From the NCBI GenBank assembly GCA_013695765.1, contig JACCZW010000103.1, positions 9,781 through 73,780 on the forward strand: a stretch of DNA of 64,000 bases, written 5' to 3'. This document shows, in pieces, positions 30,721-39,748 of the stretch (the first letter of the stretch is position 1; each line of letters starts with the position of its first letter). The notes under the pieces were generated by a model that was not told the origin of the DNA, searched no databases, and saw only the letters and a list, made by a program, of their open reading frames with translations. The position numbers and the translations under genes are program-made. This DNA comes from Gammaproteobacteria bacterium (GTDB lineage Bacteria; Pseudomonadota; Gammaproteobacteria; JACCYU01).

Positions 30721-31764
30721 CTACTCAAGCTCCAGGATGGCGTAAGGCGCCTGATGCGGATGCCTGACCGCTGGACTGGTTTCATCCTCCAGCCCCAGAG
30801 CGCGGTCGTTGTCGAAAACCACGAACAGATGAGTTTCGTCCAGCACCGCCACACCCTCGGGTTTGTTGACAAACCGCAGGGGTGTGCCATCGTCAGCCAC
30901 GAACGGCGTGGGCGACCGGTTGGCCTCGAAGTCCTCGATAGAGATCGTCCACAGATAACCACCCAGCAACGCCTTGCCATCGCGCGTCGGCTCCTCGAAG
31001 CTGGTGAGCAACAGCATGCGATTCAGGTAGGCATCGTATTCGATGCTGGACAGGCCCACGGTCTGCGCGATCTCGTGTCGAGGCGCGGGATCGTAATCGT
31101 AGACCAGAGTGAAATCTCCGATAAACGCGAGTTCGTCGTTCTCGATGCGATACGGCGATGAGATCACCTTCATCGTATATTCGAAATTCTCGTGGCTTTC
31201 GCCGAATTCGCGGATCCCGAACAACAATCGATCGGGTTCTTCATCGCCCGGCAGGGTGGTCAGGCCCTCGATCTTGAAGTAGGGCGCCCCGCCGAGAATC
31301 CGGGAAATATCCTTGCGCAGGCTTACGGAACTGGTCACGCCCGCTCTCGTCGTGGGCGCTACGATCCTAACGACCTGCGAACGGCCGGCGGGCCAGATCA
31401 GCAGCATGTTGTAAAGATCGAGTTCCGCGGAGTCGGGCTCGATGCGATCGAATCCGGTCGCCGCGATGACGTATTTGCCGTCCGGCGTCAGGGCGAAGTC
31501 TTCGTACTTGGTGGCCGCCTTGATCAGCGGCGCGGTGTGGTATTCGAACGTCTCCGGCCGCAGCGCGCCGTCGGTATAATCCAGCGAAAACACCGCGGAG
31601 CGCGCGGCGCCCGGTATCGGTTTGTCGCTGGCGAAGACGAGCCGCCTGCCGTCATACACTACGGCCGAGATCTCGGCGTCCACACGTGCGCCTTTCGCGG
31701 CCTTCAGGTCTTCGTCGAAACAGTCGATGAGCCCTGTTTCAACGATGCGCGCTCGCATGGTCAT
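30721..31764 (-). CDS. Esterase-like-activity-of-phytase (phytase-like beta-propeller) family protein
   Basis: The C-terminal KPEGVAVLDETHLFVVFDND has an EGxA-type motif and beta-propeller-like repeats. The chosen start is MTMRARIVETG. Confidence 0.45.
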   Translation of the reverse strand: MTMRARIVETGLIDCFDEDLKAAKGARVDAEISAVVYDGRRLVFASDKPIPGAARSAVFSLDYTDGALRPETFEYHTAPLIKAATKYEDFALTPDGKYVIAATGFDRIEPDSAELDLYNMLLIWPAGRSQVVRIVAPTTRAGVTSSVSLRKDISRILGGAPYFKIEGLTTLPGDEEPDRLLFGIREFGESHENFEYTMKVISSPYRIENDELAFIGDFTLVYDYDPAPRHEIAQTVGLSSIEYDAYLNRMLLLTSFEEPTRDGKALLGGYLWTISIEDFEANRSPTPFVADDGTPLRFVNKPEGVAVLDETHLFVVFDNDRALGLEDETSPAVRHPHQAPYAILELE

Positions 31765-31808
31765 TTGCGGATCATGATGGCAATTGGCTCGCCGGCGCCG
31801 GCACTCGC

Positions 31809-32916
31809 CTAGTCCGGCAAGGCGCTGGTGTTGCGCGGTTCTTCGATTGCGTGCTGGTTGAATTCCTGCCGAAACTGCGTCGAACTCTCGTCCACGGGTT
31901 TGCGCGCGCGCATAATCGAGCCCAGCGGCTGGGTGAGCCGCCAGACCGTGCCACGGACTGAAAGACAGGCCGTCGTCAATGTTGGTAACTCTGGTCTCAC
32001 TCCAGGCGGATTGCGGTTGCACATTGATGCGGGCGACCGCGGCGTACGGACTCTGGTCTTCCGGCCAGATCGTCGAGGCGTCTTCCACCGGCATCATTTC
32101 AAGATCGGTGCAAAGCAGTACGCGCACTTCCCACTCGCCGCGGCTTTCGCTGAAGAAATCGACCACCGCCTCGCGCAGACCGTTGGGCTTGCCGTTAACG
32201 TTAAGCGGCGCGCCGGTCAGATTGGTGAGTTCCGGCGAGACGGGTGCGACAGCAAGCTTCGCGATATGGTCACCGTAGCGCAGCGGCGCCTGCGTGTAGA
32301 AGGTCTCGCCCAGAATATGCGTTTCGCGCTGGCCGCCCAGGGTCTTTAAGGTGGGGCTCTCGCCGCCGAAACTTTCCACCACCGTTTCGGCGCCGCGCAT
32401 CACGGCTGAAAAAGCCTTCTTCCAGACTTGCGGCGTATCGGTGGTCACCGCCAGCAGCTTGAGGTTTTTCAGGAACGCTTTGGCGTCGGGCGCGGCAAAG
32501 GCTGGCGCGTTGGCCGTGACGAAATCCTGGGTCACGTGATTTTCCGTTCCCGGCAGGCGTTCTCCTTCGACGCCGATCACCTTGATCGTCAGACCGCGCG
32601 GCGCGGACACGCTGTCATCCACGATATCGCCAGGATTGGTGGACAGACGCATCACCACCGGATACACGGCCGGCCGTGCGAACAGCCCTTGCGCCAGAGC
32701 CGGCGGCAGGTCGTCCAGCACGCGCAATTCACCACGTAACAGGCCGTGACTCTTGGCGTGTACGCTGCGCACCGCGCGCCCATAATCCTTGGAGGTCGTC
32801 TCGCTGATCTTGCGCATGGTGTCGATCAGTGCCTCGATGGTTTCGGACTCGTCATCCTGCACCTGTTCGGCGGACGGATCGTAAGGCAAAGGGCGGGCGG
32901 TAGTGGCATTGGACAT
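31809..32916 (-). CDS. Catalase-related (mini-catalase, allene-oxide-synthase-like) heme protein, frameshift near 31931
   Basis: The distal-His motif (RAVRSVHAKSHGLL) and VYPVVMRLSTNPG are present. After …WHGLAAH the +1 frame continues PLGSIMRARKPVDESSTQFRQEFN…LPD and reaches a stop at 31809. Confidence 0.6.
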
Positions 32917-32954
32917 AAACAGGCTCCGGTTGGATCAGACGTTCAAAAGCATCT

Positions 32955-33352
32955 TCAGCGTTTGGCGCGCGACAGCAGTTGCCGCGGTGACTCGATCGAC
33001 ACTAGCCCGGCGATGCGCTCGCGTCGCGTATAGACGTTAAATCGCTCGCCGCGCAGAAAGCCAATCAGGGTGACACCGAACTGCTCCGCCAGCCGCACGG
33101 CGAAACTGCTGGCGCGGAGATGGCGCACACCACCGGCACGCGCGCCATAATCGCTTTCTGCAACAACTCGAAGCTCGCGCGTCCGCTCAAGAGCACGATT
33201 CCTTCGTGCAACGGCAACTTGTCGTTCAACAGCGCCCAGCCACACAGCTTGTCCATCGCATTGTGCCGCCCTACGGCTTCGTGCGCAGCGAGAAGCTCGC
33301 CGCGAGGATCGAAGAGTGCTGCCGCGTGCAAACCGCCGGTGTACCTGAACAC
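32955..33352 (-). pseudogene. fdhD: FdhD (formate dehydrogenase sulfurtransferase) C-terminal fragment
   Basis: [38 protein letters not shown] … [26 protein letters not shown] | [31 protein letters not shown]. One frameshift sits at the C run near 33112. The N-terminal ~170 aa, including the CGxCG motif, are absent. Confidence 0.55.
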
Positions 33353-33436
33353 GTGCTGCGCCGCGCGGAGTTTTTAGGCAGACCAGCCACAAAATCCGCG
33401 CTGATTTGCGGGCCGGCTGGCAGCGAGAGCAGCGCT

Positions 33437-33649
33437 TCAAGCGGTTCGCAGCTCGCAGATGCGCACCAGCTTGCCGCCGACGCGCACCCAGCAGGTAACG
33501 CAGGTCTTGATCGCGCCCAAGCTCGGGTGGTAACAAACGTGCGGCAGATTGATCTTCTGTGCCGCGAGGAAGTCGACCAGCGGCTGATCGGGCTTCCCCG
33601 TATAAGCCTGACCATCCACATGAACGATGCAGCGCTGGGGTTCCGCCAT
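33437..33649 (-). CDS. Small 2Fe-2S (Fer2_4/NuoG-type) domain protein, possibly an N-terminal stub of a formate dehydrogenase alpha subunit
   Basis: CYHPSLGAIKTCVTCWVRVGGKLVRIC has the Cx10Cx2Cx11C pattern. A strong AAGGAG Shine-Dalgarno lies 5 nt upstream. The ORF ends right where a large catalytic subunit would continue. Confidence 0.45.
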   Translation of the reverse strand: MAEPQRCIVHVDGQAYTGKPDQPLVDFLAAQKINLPHVCYHPSLGAIKTCVTCWVRVGGKLVRICELRTA

Positions 33650-34116
33650 TACAACTCCTTAAAAAATTTTATCCGCGCTCGGCACTGGCCGCATGCGCTT
33701 CATTTACTGGAATGAAGTGCTCGAACACGGCAGGGACTGGCGGCGCTGGCGTCTGACTCCACGGCTTCAAAGCAAGCTGTATGCCATGCCGCCGGCTGCG
33801 CGGTGACGGGAACATCCGGGCACGGGTTTCGGGGAGGGCGCCGCCCGCGTGTGTAAAATAAGCGCTAAATTTACATCGCGTTTTGAAAAATTTACCGATG
33901 CGATGTCCCGCAGCAGGCAGCCGCGGCATGCGAGATATGGCGGCGAGCCAAGTCGGGTGGATAAAGTCCGCCGTCCGATTCGACAAGCACACGCAGGCTT
34001 TGCGGGCGTATCCACCGACCAGAGACATAAAGCGTTTTGTGACAGCCGCCGCTTCGGGTATGGTGGCGCTCGCGGCCATCGCCGCCGTCAAATCGATCAG
34101 GGTTCGATAATCGGGA

Positions 34117-35682
34117 GTGGCTACGTTGGCAGAAGCGGGGACAGCAGGGCCGCGGGCAGTGAACGCCGAGGCAGGCGCGCACGGCCTTAAGGCCAACGCG
34201 GTGGGGTTTATCAGCGTGCTGGTGATCGGGCTTGCCTCCACAGCGCCGGCCTACTCGCTGGCGGCGGTCATCGGCGTGGTCGTCGTGCTGGTAGGCGTGC
34301 AGGCGCCGGCGGCCTTGTTGACGAGCTTTATCCCCATGTTCTTCATCGCCGCGGCCTTTTATTATATGAATCGGGCCGACCCGGATTGTGGTACGTCGTT
34401 CTCGTGGGTCACCCGGGCAATGGGACCGTGGGTCGGCTGGATGGCCGGCTGGGCGGTGTGTGCTACAAGCATCCTCGTGATCGGCTCGCTGGCGGACGTC
34501 GCCGCACGTTATACGTTTCTGCTGTTCGATCTCGATGTACTGGCCGCCTCGAAAGTGGCCGTCACTATCCTGGCCGTGCTCTACATCGCCGTGCTGACAT
34601 GGATCGCCGTCGTCGGCATCGAACTCTCCGCGCGCCTGCAGGACGTGCTGATCGTGGCGCAGGTTCTGGCGCTGCTGCTCTTCGCCAGCGTCGCCCTGAT
34701 CAGCGTCTTCAATGGCACAGCGCCGGGGGGTTCCTTGCTGCCGGAACTGGCCTGGTTCTCTCCTTTCGCAATCTCCAGTCCGGACGCGCTTATCGGCAGT
34801 CTGCTGATCGGTGTGTTCATTTACTGGGGCTGGGAAAGCGCGGTGAACAGCACCGAGGAGAGCACGGACAGCGCAACCACGCCGGGTCTGGCCGCGATCT
34901 GCGCCACGATTATCCTGCTGATTACTTACCTTTCGGTGAGCACCGCGGTGGTGGCTTTTGCAGGCCTCGCGACCGTGGAGGGGTTCGCGGATAACGACAC
35001 GATATTAAGCCACGTGGCGACCGACGTGCTGGGTTCGCCGTGGGACAAGTTTGTCGTGCTGGCCGTGCTGACCTCGGCGCTGGCCGCCACGCAGACCACG
35101 ATCATTCCCTCCTCGCGCACCACGCTCTCCATGGCGCGTGCGCGCGCGATGCCCGATGCGCTGGCCCGCGTTCATCACCGCTTTCAAACACCGCACATTG
35201 CGACCATTATCACCGGCGTCGCGGGGATCGCCTGGTACGTATCGATCAAGTTCCTGTCCGAGAGCTTCCTGCTTGATACGCTCTCGGCGTTGTCGCTGCT
35301 GGTCGCCTTTTACTATTCGCTCTCCGGCTTCGCGTGCGTGATCTATTACCGCCGCGAGTTGCTCAAGAGCGCCAGGAATTTTGTTTTTATTGGTGTCGCG
35401 CCCATGCTCGGCGCCATGCTGCTGGCGTACATATTTTTCATGTCCATGGCGAGCCTGGCCGAACCGCGCGACTCGTACACCGGCGCGGCCGTGTTCGGGC
35501 TCGGCCTGCCGCTGGTAATCGGGCTTGGATTCCTGCTACTGGGCTTGGTGCTGATGATACTTTGGCGTCTCATGGGCGACGGGACCTTCTTCGGCCGCAC
35601 GGCATTCCAGGCCGTGGATCCGGAGGTCGCCGCCGGCAAAGTCGCGACGCAGGAAACCGCCGGCGCCCCGGCGGGAAGTTGA
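34117..35682 (+). CDS. APC-superfamily amino acid permease
   Basis: ~12 TM segments with typical APC architecture. The start is uncertain. Confidence 0.7.
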   Translation: MATLAEAGTAGPRAVNAEAGAHGLKANAVGFISVLVIGLASTAPAYSLAAVIGVVVVLVGVQAPAALLTSFIPMFFIAAAFYYMNRADPDCGTSFSWVTRAMGPWVGWMAGWAVCATSILVIGSLADVAARYTFLLFDLDVLAASKVAVTILAVLYIAVLTWIAVVGIELSARLQDVLIVAQVLALLLFASVALISVFNGTAPGGSLLPELAWFSPFAISSPDALIGSLLIGVFIYWGWESAVNSTEESTDSATTPGLAAICATIILLITYLSVSTAVVAFAGLATVEGFADNDTILSHVATDVLGSPWDKFVVLAVLTSALAATQTTIIPSSRTTLSMARARAMPDALARVHHRFQTPHIATIITGVAGIAWYVSIKFLSESFLLDTLSALSLLVAFYYSLSGFACVIYYRRELLKSARNFVFIGVAPMLGAMLLAYIFFMSMASLAEPRDSYTGAAVFGLGLPLVIGLGFLLLGLVLMILWRLMGDGTFFGRTAFQAVDPEVAAGKVATQETAGAPAGS

Positions 35683-35726
35683 ATCGGCACACGCGATAGT
35701 TTCGGGAAATTACGGAGTAGAAAAAC

Positions 35727-36182
35727 ATGTTCGTGTTAGTGGCCTTGCATACGCTCGCCGCCGTGATCTGGGTCGGCGGCATGTTCTTCGCTTTCCTGGT
35801 GCTCCGGCCCGCGTCTGCGGAATTGCTGGACGTGCCGATGCGCGTGATGCTGTGGCGTTACGTTTTTCGGCGCTTCTTCCCGTGGGTATGGGCCGCGATT
35901 GTGGTTTTGCTGGCAAGCGGCTATGGCATGATTTTCAGTCTGCCGGGCGGCATGGGCGATGTCGGCTGGCATGTGCATGTGATGCAGGCTTTAGGGATCG
36001 CGATGATGCTGCTGTTTCTGCACCTGTTTTTCGCGCCGTACCGGCGTCTTATCAAAGCGGTTGACGACAGCTATTTCGAGACCGCCGCGCGCAGTCTGAA
36101 TCAGATCCGCATGATTATCGGCATCAACCTGGGATTGGGGCTGGTGGTGGTTGTGGTCGCCACCGCGGGAAGGTATCTGTGA
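35727..36182 (+). CDS. CopD-like small inner-membrane protein
   Basis: 151 aa with 4 TM helices (MFVLVALHTLAAVIWVGGMFFAFLVL…). The family assignment is tentative. Confidence 0.35.
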   Translation: MFVLVALHTLAAVIWVGGMFFAFLVLRPASAELLDVPMRVMLWRYVFRRFFPWVWAAIVVLLASGYGMIFSLPGGMGDVGWHVHVMQALGIAMMLLFLHLFFAPYRRLIKAVDDSYFETAARSLNQIRMIIGINLGLGLVVVVVATAGRYL

Positions 36183-36237
36183 TGGTTATCTGTGCAACGG
36201 GAACGCGAGAGGAATCTTAAAGACGCTCTAAAGAGAG

Positions 36238-36300
36238 GCGTCATTGCGAGGAGTGGAACGACGTGGTAATCCAGTACGGACCCGCGTGCATTCTGGATTG
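36238..36300. repeat. REP-like element (GTCATTGCGAGGAGTGGAACGACG plus AATCCAG/CTGGATT hairpin) between convergent genes
   Basis: Nearly identical to the reverse complement of 45290-45322. Confidence 0.55.
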
Positions 36301-36392
36301 CTTCTCACCCCCCCTCTGGCTCGCGGCTAAAGGCCGCTCGCAATCACGGTTACGGCGCGACTTTGTCAGACGCCGTAAGGGCGCCAGCCATC

Positions 36393-36773
36393 TTAGGCCG
36401 CCTGCACGGGAATCGCGTTGGCGGTACACATGATGCGGTTGGAGGCATCGACGTACACCAGGGTCGGCTTGAAGCGGCTGACCTCGTGTGCCTCCAGCTC
36501 GGCGTACGCGCAGATGATCACGCGATCGCCGGGGCTGGCGCGATGCGCGGCGGCGCCGTTGATCGATATGACGCCGCTGCCGGCTTCGGCGCGGATGGCA
36601 TAGGTGGTGAAGCGTTCGCCGTTGGTCAGATTGTAAATTTGAATCTGCTCGTATTCGTGAATACCGGCGGTATCCAGCAACCGGCTGTCGATCGCACATG
36701 AGCCTTCATATTCAAGCTCTGAGTGCGTGACTCGGGCCTGGTGAAGTTTAGCCTTGAGCATAGTCAGCCTCAT
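36393..36773 (-). CDS. panD: Aspartate 1-decarboxylase
   Basis: [16 protein letters not shown]…GSCAID; the pyruvoyl precursor Ser is in the GSC context. Confidence 0.9.
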   Translation of the reverse strand: MRLTMLKAKLHQARVTHSELEYEGSCAIDSRLLDTAGIHEYEQIQIYNLTNGERFTTYAIRAEAGSGVISINGAAAHRASPGDRVIICAYAELEAHEVSRFKPTLVYVDASNRIMCTANAIPVQAA

Positions 36774-37711
36774 GTGTGCTTCCTCATATGCGTCGATGGT
36801 TGGGTGTCGGGGGTTGAGCCTGCCGCGGATGAACCGCGAATTATCGGCGATAAATAACTGTCCATCAATGTCACACGGATATTGTCAATCAAGCGCGTGC
36901 GGCCTAGCCAGACGGCACCTAGTATGACAATTTCCCGTGAGCGCCCGTTCGGAACACTCAGGTCGCAAGCGTCAAGGACGCTCACGTAATCCGGCCGCAG
37001 ACCCTGCGCCGAAAGCATATGCATAGTTTGTGCCTGAAGCCGGTCAAAATCACGTTCGCCGACGCGGATGCAGTCGCCCAGCGCACGCAGGCACGCGTAA
37101 AGTCCCGACGCGTGCGCGCGTTCATCCTCATTGAGATTGCGGTTGCGCGAACTCATCGCGAGCCCATCGGCCTCGCGCACCGTCGGCAGACCTTCGATTT
37201 CCACGGCAAAATTCAGCTCCGCAGCCAGCCGCCGGATGACCAGCAACTGCTGGTAATCCTTTTCGCCGAACACCGCCACATCAGGCTGTACCAGGTTAAA
37301 GAGCTTCGCGACGACCGTGGCCACGCCGGCGAAATGCCCCGGACGGCTCTCGCCTTCCAGGATTTCCGCGAGTTGCGGCACCACTACGCGCGTCGTGTGC
37401 ACCATGCCTTGTGGATAAATCGTCTCACTGGCGGGTGCGAATACCAGATCGGTTTTCAGGTCCCGCAACTGCGCGAGGTCAGCTTCCATGGTGCGCGGAT
37501 ACGCGGCCAGATCCGCGGCGCGATCGAATTGTATAGGGTTGACGAAGATGCTCGTCACGACACGATCCGCCCGCGCGCGCGCATGTTCGATCAGCGCGTG
37601 ATGGCCCGCATGCAGGTTACCCATGGTCGGCACCAGGGCGATCCGCAAGTTCTCTCGCCGCCATTCAGCAAGGCGCGCGCGCAAGGTCTGGATGTCGTCG
37701 ACGATGAACAT
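36770..37711 (-). CDS. panC: Pantoate--beta-alanine ligase
   Basis: [18 protein letters not shown] is the HIGH-like motif. Confidence 0.9.
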   Translation of the reverse strand: MFIVDDIQTLRARLAEWRRENLRIALVPTMGNLHAGHHALIEHARARADRVVTSIFVNPIQFDRAADLAAYPRTMEADLAQLRDLKTDLVFAPASETIYPQGMVHTTRVVVPQLAEILEGESRPGHFAGVATVVAKLFNLVQPDVAVFGEKDYQQLLVIRRLAAELNFAVEIEGLPTVREADGLAMSSRNRNLNEDERAHASGLYACLRALGDCIRVGERDFDRLQAQTMHMLSAQGLRPDYVSVLDACDLSVPNGRSREIVILGAVWLGRTRLIDNIRVTLMDSYLSPIIRGSSAAGSTPDTQPSTHMRKHT

Positions 37712-37773
37712 GAGTGCCGTGAACTCGTTTCGAACCGCGCCGCATCGGCGCTAAGAGAAACTTAAACGTACTT

Positions 37774-38586
37774 TCAGAAGCTATGTTCGGCGGCGGGAAA
37801 GGTTTTGTCCTTGACCGCCCGCACATATTGGCTTACGGCGTCGGCGATGCCGTGCGCGCCGGTCAAGAAATTGCGGGTGAATCTGGGTGTTCTATCCACG
37901 CTGACACCCAGAAGATCGTGCAGCACGAGGATCTGGCCATCGCATTCGTTGCCGGCGCCGATCCCGATGACCGGGATGCGGGCCGTGGCAGAGATTTCCG
38001 CAGCCAGCGCCGCCGGCACACATTCGAGCAGCAGCAGTTCCGCGCCGGCGGCCTCTACCGCGGCAGCAGCCTCACGCATTTTCGCGGCAGCGGCGGCTTC
38101 TTTGCCCTGCACGTGGTAGCCGCCGAGCTTGTGCACGGCCTGAGGTTGCAGACCCAGATGCGCACACACAGGAATGCCGTGCGCGCTCAACTCGCGCACG
38201 ATGCCGGCCTGGGTCTCGCCGCCTTCCAGCTTGACCATTTGCGCACGCCCTTCCTGCATCAGCCGCGCCGCGTTCGACAGCGCCTGGGTGTGATTCGTGT
38301 AGCTCATGAACGGCATGTCGGCCACGCGAAAAGCGCGCCGGCTGCCGCGCGCGACCGCGCGAGCGTGATAGATAACGTCGTCCACGGTGACCGGCACCGT
38401 GGTATCGAATCCCTGAATCACCATGCCCAACGAGTCGCCCACGAGAATCACGTCCACGCCGGATCGATCCAGCACCGCGGCGAAACTCGCGTCGTAGGCG
38501 GTCAGACAGGCGATCTTCTCGCCTTCCCGTTTCAGGCGTTTGAGCGTAGTCACGGTGACGCCGCGCTGTTCGCGATGCACGCTCAT
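37774..38586 (-). CDS. panB: 3-methyl-2-oxobutanoate hydroxymethyltransferase
   Basis: KREGEKIACLTAYDASFAAVLDRSGVDVILVGDSLGMV. Confidence 0.9.
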   Translation of the reverse strand: MSVHREQRGVTVTTLKRLKREGEKIACLTAYDASFAAVLDRSGVDVILVGDSLGMVIQGFDTTVPVTVDDVIYHARAVARGSRRAFRVADMPFMSYTNHTQALSNAARLMQEGRAQMVKLEGGETQAGIVRELSAHGIPVCAHLGLQPQAVHKLGGYHVQGKEAAAAAKMREAAAAVEAAGAELLLLECVPAALAAEISATARIPVIGIGAGNECDGQILVLHDLLGVSVDRTPRFTRNFLTGAHGIADAVSQYVRAVKDKTFPAAEHSF

Positions 38587-39290
38587 GCATCGACCGCCGA
38601 CAGCAGCGAGTTGGGCAACGGATTGAAGTAGCGGCGCGCGACAGGCAACGCGCGGATCTGTGTCAGCAACGCGCGAAAATCGGCGTCACTAGCGACCAGA
38701 TCGATCTCCGCGGCGTTGACGATCAAAAGCGGCGCGGCTGTGTAGTTGTAGAAAAAATTGGCATACGAGCCGTTAATCCGCTCCAGATACGCGCCATCGA
38801 TGGGTTGTTCGTAGGCGCGGCCCCGCTTTCTGATGCGCTCCAGCAACACGTCAACCGGCGCCTGCAGATAAACGACCAGATCGGGTGTGGGCGCGTTGAT
38901 GGTCACGTGCGCGTAAATCTGCTCGTAAAGTTCGAACTCGTGGCTGTCGAGGGTTACTTTCGCGAACAGGCGATCCTTCTCAATCAGAAAATCCGCCACT
39001 CGCACTGCATTGAAAATATCGCCCTGGCGCAGGATTTCCATCTGCCGCGCGCGCTGCATCAGAAAAAACAGCTGCGCGGATAGCGCGCCCTGTCGCGGAT
39101 GCGCATAAAACCGCGCGAGAAACGGGTTTTCGTCCGGCGCCTCCAGCAACATTTCGGCCTCGTACTCGGCCGCGAGGCGACGTGCGAGACTGGTCTTGCC
39201 GACGCCGATGGGGCCTTCGACGGCAATGCAACGCGGGAAGTGAGCCTGCACTATGCCGATTCCAGGCGTTTGAGTTCGCCGCGAGGACAT
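38583..39290 (-). CDS. Deoxynucleoside kinase family protein
   Basis: A P-loop (VEGPIGVGKTSL) and the dNK fold are present. Confidence 0.75.
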   Translation of the reverse strand: MSSRRTQTPGIGIVQAHFPRCIAVEGPIGVGKTSLARRLAAEYEAEMLLEAPDENPFLARFYAHPRQGALSAQLFFLMQRARQMEILRQGDIFNAVRVADFLIEKDRLFAKVTLDSHEFELYEQIYAHVTINAPTPDLVVYLQAPVDVLLERIRKRGRAYEQPIDGAYLERINGSYANFFYNYTAAPLLIVNAAEIDLVASDADFRALLTQIRALPVARRYFNPLPNSLLSAVDA

Positions 39291-39748
39291 CGAGCCGCCA
39301 GTGATTCAAGTCCGCTGTGACCGAGGATATCGATATCGCCTGCGATCTCCAGCAACGGATAAATCACGAACGCGCGCTCGTGCAGACCTGGGTGCGGCAC
39401 CGTCAGTCTGTCCTCGTCTATCCTGCGGTCGCCATACAGCAGCATATCCAGATCCAGCGTGCGCGGACCCCAGCGCTGCCCGTCGCGACTGCGCTGGTGC
39501 CCCAGTTCGATGGACTGCAAGGCATCGAGCAGCGCGAGCGGCGCCAGGCTCGTGCGCAACCGCGCGACGGCATTGACGTAGTCCGGCTGATCAGACGGGC
39601 CCATTGGGGGACTCGCATAGAGACTGGAGCGCGCCATGCACGCGGTATGCGCAATGCCATCCAGGTCGCTCAGCGCCCGGCGAACATGACCGCACGGATT
39701 GTCGAGATTACTGCCGAGGCCAACATACACGTCGGCCCGCTCAGGCAT
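39251..39748 (-). CDS. folK: 2-amino-4-hydroxy-6-hydroxymethyldihydropteridine pyrophosphokinase
   Basis: VYVGLGSNLDNP…WGPRTLDLDMLLYGD. Confidence 0.85.
   Translation of the reverse strand: MPERADVYVGLGSNLDNPCGHVRRALSDLDGIAHTACMARSSLYASPPMGPSDQPDYVNAVARLRTSLAPLALLDALQSIELGHQRSRDGQRWGPRTLDLDMLLYGDRRIDEDRLTVPHPGLHERAFVIYPLLEIAGDIDILGHSGLESLAARCPRGELKRLESA

Noticed and set aside
30721-32916. Single 731-aa ORF suggesting a catalase-phytase fusion protein
   Set aside because: The catalase-type C-terminus continues in the +1 frame to a stop at 31809, and an independent start (MTMRAR…) follows. The apparent fusion is a frameshift or read-through artefact.
33669-34241. 190-aa ORF upstream of the 2Fe-2S stub
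   Set aside because: Ala/Pro/Arg-rich with no motifs and overlapping the amino-acid permease start region. Probably non-coding.
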